A DNA stretch of 40,232 nucleotides from Elusimicrobiota bacterium. Lineage in GTDB: Bacteria; Elusimicrobiota; Elusimicrobia; UBA1565; UBA9628. The notes under the pieces are model-generated. The model ran no database searches, was not told the DNA's origin, and worked only from the letters and a program-made list of their open reading frames with translations. The DNA is taken from NCBI GenBank assembly GCA_027319565.1, contig DAHVNA010000016.1, positions 1-40,232 on the forward strand, in the 5' to 3' direction. The position numbers and the translations under genes were made by a program. This document shows positions 37,231 to 40,232 of the stretch, piece by piece (the stretch's first letter is position 1; the number at the start of each line of letters is the position of its first letter).

Positions 37231-38724
37231 ATGAACAAAAAATCTTTCGCTTCTCTTAAAACGCTGACAAAATCCGTGCCAATGATTGGAGAACTCAAAA
37301 ATCCAGGACAAATTATCACAAGCCTGGCCCATGATTCGAGAAAGGTTAAGGCCGGAAGCCTTTTTTTCGCCTTATCAGGAAGCCAAACAGACGGATTTCT
37401 CTATGCGCGGCAAGCCGTCAAAAAAGGCGCCGCGGCGGTACTCAGCGAAAAAGCGCAGCCGGCCGATATAAAGACCAATTGGATCCAAACACGCAATGCC
37501 GTTGAGTCCATGGGAAAAGTGTCCAATATTTTCTTTCAAGACCCGTCTTCCGCCCTGCGGATTATTGGAGTTACCGGAACCAATGGAAAAACGACCGTCA
37601 CTTATTTTTTAGAGTCGATTTTAAAAGAAGCGAAAAAAAAACCGGGGGTAATTGGGACAATTTCCTATCGCGGCCCCGGCCTTTCTCCGTCGAAAGCCGT
37701 TAATACCACGCCTTCTTCGTTAGAACTTCTTGAGATTCTCGCTCACCTGAGAGATTCGAAAGCGACCGATGTCGCGATGGAAGTCTCATCTCACGCCTTA
37801 GCGCTTGGGAGAGTCGAGGAAATTAATTTCGATACCGCCATTTTCACGAATTTAAAGCGCGATCATCTCGACTTTCACAAAACCATCCACGCTTATTTTA
37901 AAGCGAAATCCCACCTTTTTGAGCTTTTATCGCAATCGAAAAAGCCCGTCAAAACCGCGGTCATCAACACAGACGACCCTTGGGCTAAAAAACTGAGGCC
38001 TCTCATTAAGCATTGCCGCATTGTGTCTTACGGTCTAAAAGGCTCGGAAGATATTTCCGCCCAAGATATCCGAGCAAGTCTTGATGGAACCACATTTATT
38101 CTCAAACTTGGAAAAAAATTTTTTCCAGTCTCTCTCAAATTAATGGGAGAGCATAATATCTTAAACGCGATGGCCGCATCAGGCGCGGCCTATGCCATGG
38201 GAATCAAGGAAAAATGGATACTCGCGGGACTCGAAAATTTAAGATGCGTTCCAGGGCGACTAGAAGAAATTCCATCTTCCAAGCCTTTTAAGGTTTTTAT
38301 CGACTTCGCCCATACCGACAGCGCTCTTAAAGCCGTTCTCAGTCAGCTTCGCGCGCTGACCCAGGCCCGTCTCATTACGGTTTTTGGCTGCGGCGGAGAC
38401 AGAGACAAGACCAAAAGAGCCCCCATGGGGGAAATAGCGGCGAAATTCAGCGATTGGACCATCGTCACCAACGACAATCCAAGAAGTGAAAACCCCTTGG
38501 AAATACTGGCCGACATCGAAGCGGGAATTAAGAAGGCCGGACAAAAAAATTATAGAATGATTCCGGATCGCGCCAAAGCCATTGAAAAAGCCATCTCCTT
38601 GGCTCGAGCGCAAGACATCGTTCTCATCGCCGGAAAAGGGCATGAGGCGTATCAAATCCTCAATGGAAAAACGATTCCTTTTAACGATAAAGATGTCGCG
38701 AAAAAAGCGCTAAGACAATCATGA
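37231..38724 (+). CDS. murE: UDP-MurNAc-Ala-Glu--meso-diaminopimelate ligase
   Basis: GVTGTNGKTT, MEVSSH, DHLDFH, DFAHT, FGCGGDRD, DNPR (mDAP-type) and AGKGHE motifs. Confidence 0.97.
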   Translation: MNKKSFASLKTLTKSVPMIGELKNPGQIITSLAHDSRKVKAGSLFFALSGSQTDGFLYARQAVKKGAAAVLSEKAQPADIKTNWIQTRNAVESMGKVSNIFFQDPSSALRIIGVTGTNGKTTVTYFLESILKEAKKKPGVIGTISYRGPGLSPSKAVNTTPSSLELLEILAHLRDSKATDVAMEVSSHALALGRVEEINFDTAIFTNLKRDHLDFHKTIHAYFKAKSHLFELLSQSKKPVKTAVINTDDPWAKKLRPLIKHCRIVSYGLKGSEDISAQDIRASLDGTTFILKLGKKFFPVSLKLMGEHNILNAMAASGAAYAMGIKEKWILAGLENLRCVPGRLEEIPSSKPFKVFIDFAHTDSALKAVLSQLRALTQARLITVFGCGGDRDKTKRAPMGEIAAKFSDWTIVTNDNPRSENPLEILADIEAGIKKAGQKNYRMIPDRAKAIEKAISLARAQDIVLIAGKGHEAYQILNGKTIPFNDKDVAKKALRQS

Positions 38725-40091
38725 AACTCGATATCCGATGGGGAGACGCGGCCCGATTTGCGGGAGGACGTTTAGCTTCGGGCTTGGCCGACGATATACT
38801 CGATTCTATTTCCACCGACACCAGAACCATTAAAAATGGGGAAGCCTTTTGGGCGCTTCAAGGCGAAAAATATGACGCCCATTCTTTTCTAGACCAAAAG
38901 CTGGCTCAAAAGGCCTCCGGCTGGATCGTCGAAGAATCAAAATTGCCGAACTTAAAACCGCCTTTGCCGCCGCATCTCATTGCCGTTCCCAATTCCCTTC
39001 GGGCATTACAAGCCCTCGCCGCTCATCACCGAAAAAGATTCGATATCCCGGTCATCGGCGTAACCGGTTCCAACGGAAAAACGACGACCAAAGAAATGAT
39101 TAAATCCATTCTCGGCGAATTAGGCCCTGTTTGCGCCAGTCCGGGAAACTGGAACAATCAAATCGGAGTGCCGCTTTCGGTTCTCAATCTCGACTCAAGC
39201 CACCGCTGGGCGGTTTTTGAATTGGCGGATTCCCATCCTGGCGATATCAAGGAAATATCTCAAATCGCGCAGCCAACCATCGCGGTCTTTACCAATATCG
39301 GCCCCGATCATATCGAGTTTTATGGAAACATGGAAGCTAATTTCAAAACGAAACTGGAACTTCTAGATTTCCTTCCGCAAGACGCTTCCGTGATCATTAA
39401 CGGAGACGATCCCTGGCTGTCGAGTCTCGAAGGCCGCCTGGGGGGAAAAGCGGTCACTTTTGGAGAAGCCCCTCTGTCTCGGGTTCGATTTTCCAATCAT
39501 GAAATCATCATCGACCGCCATAAAATCATCGTCGAGCTAAAAGCCTTCGGCAAATTAAGCCACTACAACGCTGCGGCAGCGGCCGCCGCCGCTTGGGCGC
39601 TGGGGATTAATCCGGAGACCATTAGAGCGGGGCTAGAGAAGTATCAACCTTCCGCGATGAGAATGGAAAGATTATCCCACCCCAGCGGATGCGAAGTCGT
39701 TTTAGACGCTTATAACGCCAACCCCGCCTCCATGAAAGCTTCGATTGAATCATTTATCGCGGAATTTCCCGATAAGAAAAAAATCCTGGTTTTGGGAGAC
39801 ATGAAAGAACTCGGAGAACAATCGGCGAATTTTCACGCGGAGTTGGGAGATTGGCTCTCAACTTTGCCCATCTCTGAAATTTATCTCGCTGGACCGGAGA
39901 TGAAAGCGGCCGCGGAAAGCCTCTCAAGAAGAAAGCCTCCCATCGCTTTGTTTTATGAGGAAAATCCATCGAACTGGATTAAGAATCTCAAGAAATCGCT
40001 GAAAAAAAACTCCGCCTGCCTTTTTAAGGCTTCGCGCGCGATGAAACTTGAAAACGTCTACGCGGATATTTCAAAACCCGAAACCAAATAA
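38721..40091 (+). CDS. murF: UDP-MurNAc-tripeptide--D-Ala-D-Ala ligase
   Basis: VTGSNGKTTTKEM, NNQIGVP, DAYNANPASM, LGDMKELG and KASRAMKLE motifs. Confidence 0.96.
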   Translation: MKLDIRWGDAARFAGGRLASGLADDILDSISTDTRTIKNGEAFWALQGEKYDAHSFLDQKLAQKASGWIVEESKLPNLKPPLPPHLIAVPNSLRALQALAAHHRKRFDIPVIGVTGSNGKTTTKEMIKSILGELGPVCASPGNWNNQIGVPLSVLNLDSSHRWAVFELADSHPGDIKEISQIAQPTIAVFTNIGPDHIEFYGNMEANFKTKLELLDFLPQDASVIINGDDPWLSSLEGRLGGKAVTFGEAPLSRVRFSNHEIIIDRHKIIVELKAFGKLSHYNAAAAAAAAWALGINPETIRAGLEKYQPSAMRMERLSHPSGCEVVLDAYNANPASMKASIESFIAEFPDKKKILVLGDMKELGEQSANFHAELGDWLSTLPISEIYLAGPEMKAAAESLSRRKPPIALFYEENPSNWIKNLKKSLKKNSACLFKASRAMKLENVYADISKPETK

Positions 40092-40232
40092 ATGCTTTAT
40101 CTTCTCGCCGCGTTCAAAAAAACTTCCGGCGTTTTTAACATCTTTGAATACATCACTTTTAGAGCCGCCGGGGCCGCGGTCACGTCTTTAGTTCTTTCCC
40201 TCTTGATTGGCCCGTATTTTATCGATTTTCTC
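40092..40232 (+). CDS. mraY: Phospho-MurNAc-pentapeptide transferase MraY (5' part only)
   Basis: Hand translation MLYLLAAFKKTSGVFNIFEYITFRAAGAAVTSLVLSLLIGPYFI; FxYITFR N-terminal signature; follows murF. Confidence 0.9.
   Translation, partial: MLYLLAAFKKTSGVFNIFEYITFRAAGAAVTSLVLSLLIGPYFIDFL

Noticed and set aside
1..40232. tRNA, rRNA, integrase, transposase or phage genes
   Set aside because: None recognised by eye; intergenic spaces are short. A tRNAscan or Rfam run would be needed to exclude small RNAs formally.

Overview
Gene-dense bacterial chromosomal window of moderate GC. An Elusimicrobiota-like or other uncultured Gram-negative origin is my impression only and is not verified. Most of the window is housekeeping: leucine/acyl-CoA catabolism (carboxylase beta subunit, enoyl-CoA hydratase), adenosine deaminase, nadE, recO-glyQ-glyS, an M13 peptidase, an esterase, acs, the rpmH-rnpA-yidD-yidC-jag-mnmE-mnmG-rsmG block, and the start of the dcw cluster (mraZ-rsmH-ftsL-ftsI-murE-murF-mraY). 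The most interesting part is a divergent accessory locus at about 2985-7642. On the minus strand it has a CheY-like receiver, a CheC-like phosphatase domain fused to an N-acyl amino acid synthase-type acyltransferase, and a 50-aa secreted peptide with a duplicated IVSPCSPGHIC motif. On the plus strand it has a tandem-ACT protein behind a strong hairpin leader, a ThiF adenylyltransferase, and a nitroreductase that lacks a canonical start and sits in the -1 frame of the ThiF gene. This resembles an oxazolone (OxzA/OxzB-type) N-acyl amino acid modification pathway joined to a phosphorelay module. Other notable signals are probable leaderless promoters before many first genes, a non-canonical start for rnpA, an inverted array of ~10-nt repeats that encodes a signal peptide, and a stand-alone MgtE N-domain.
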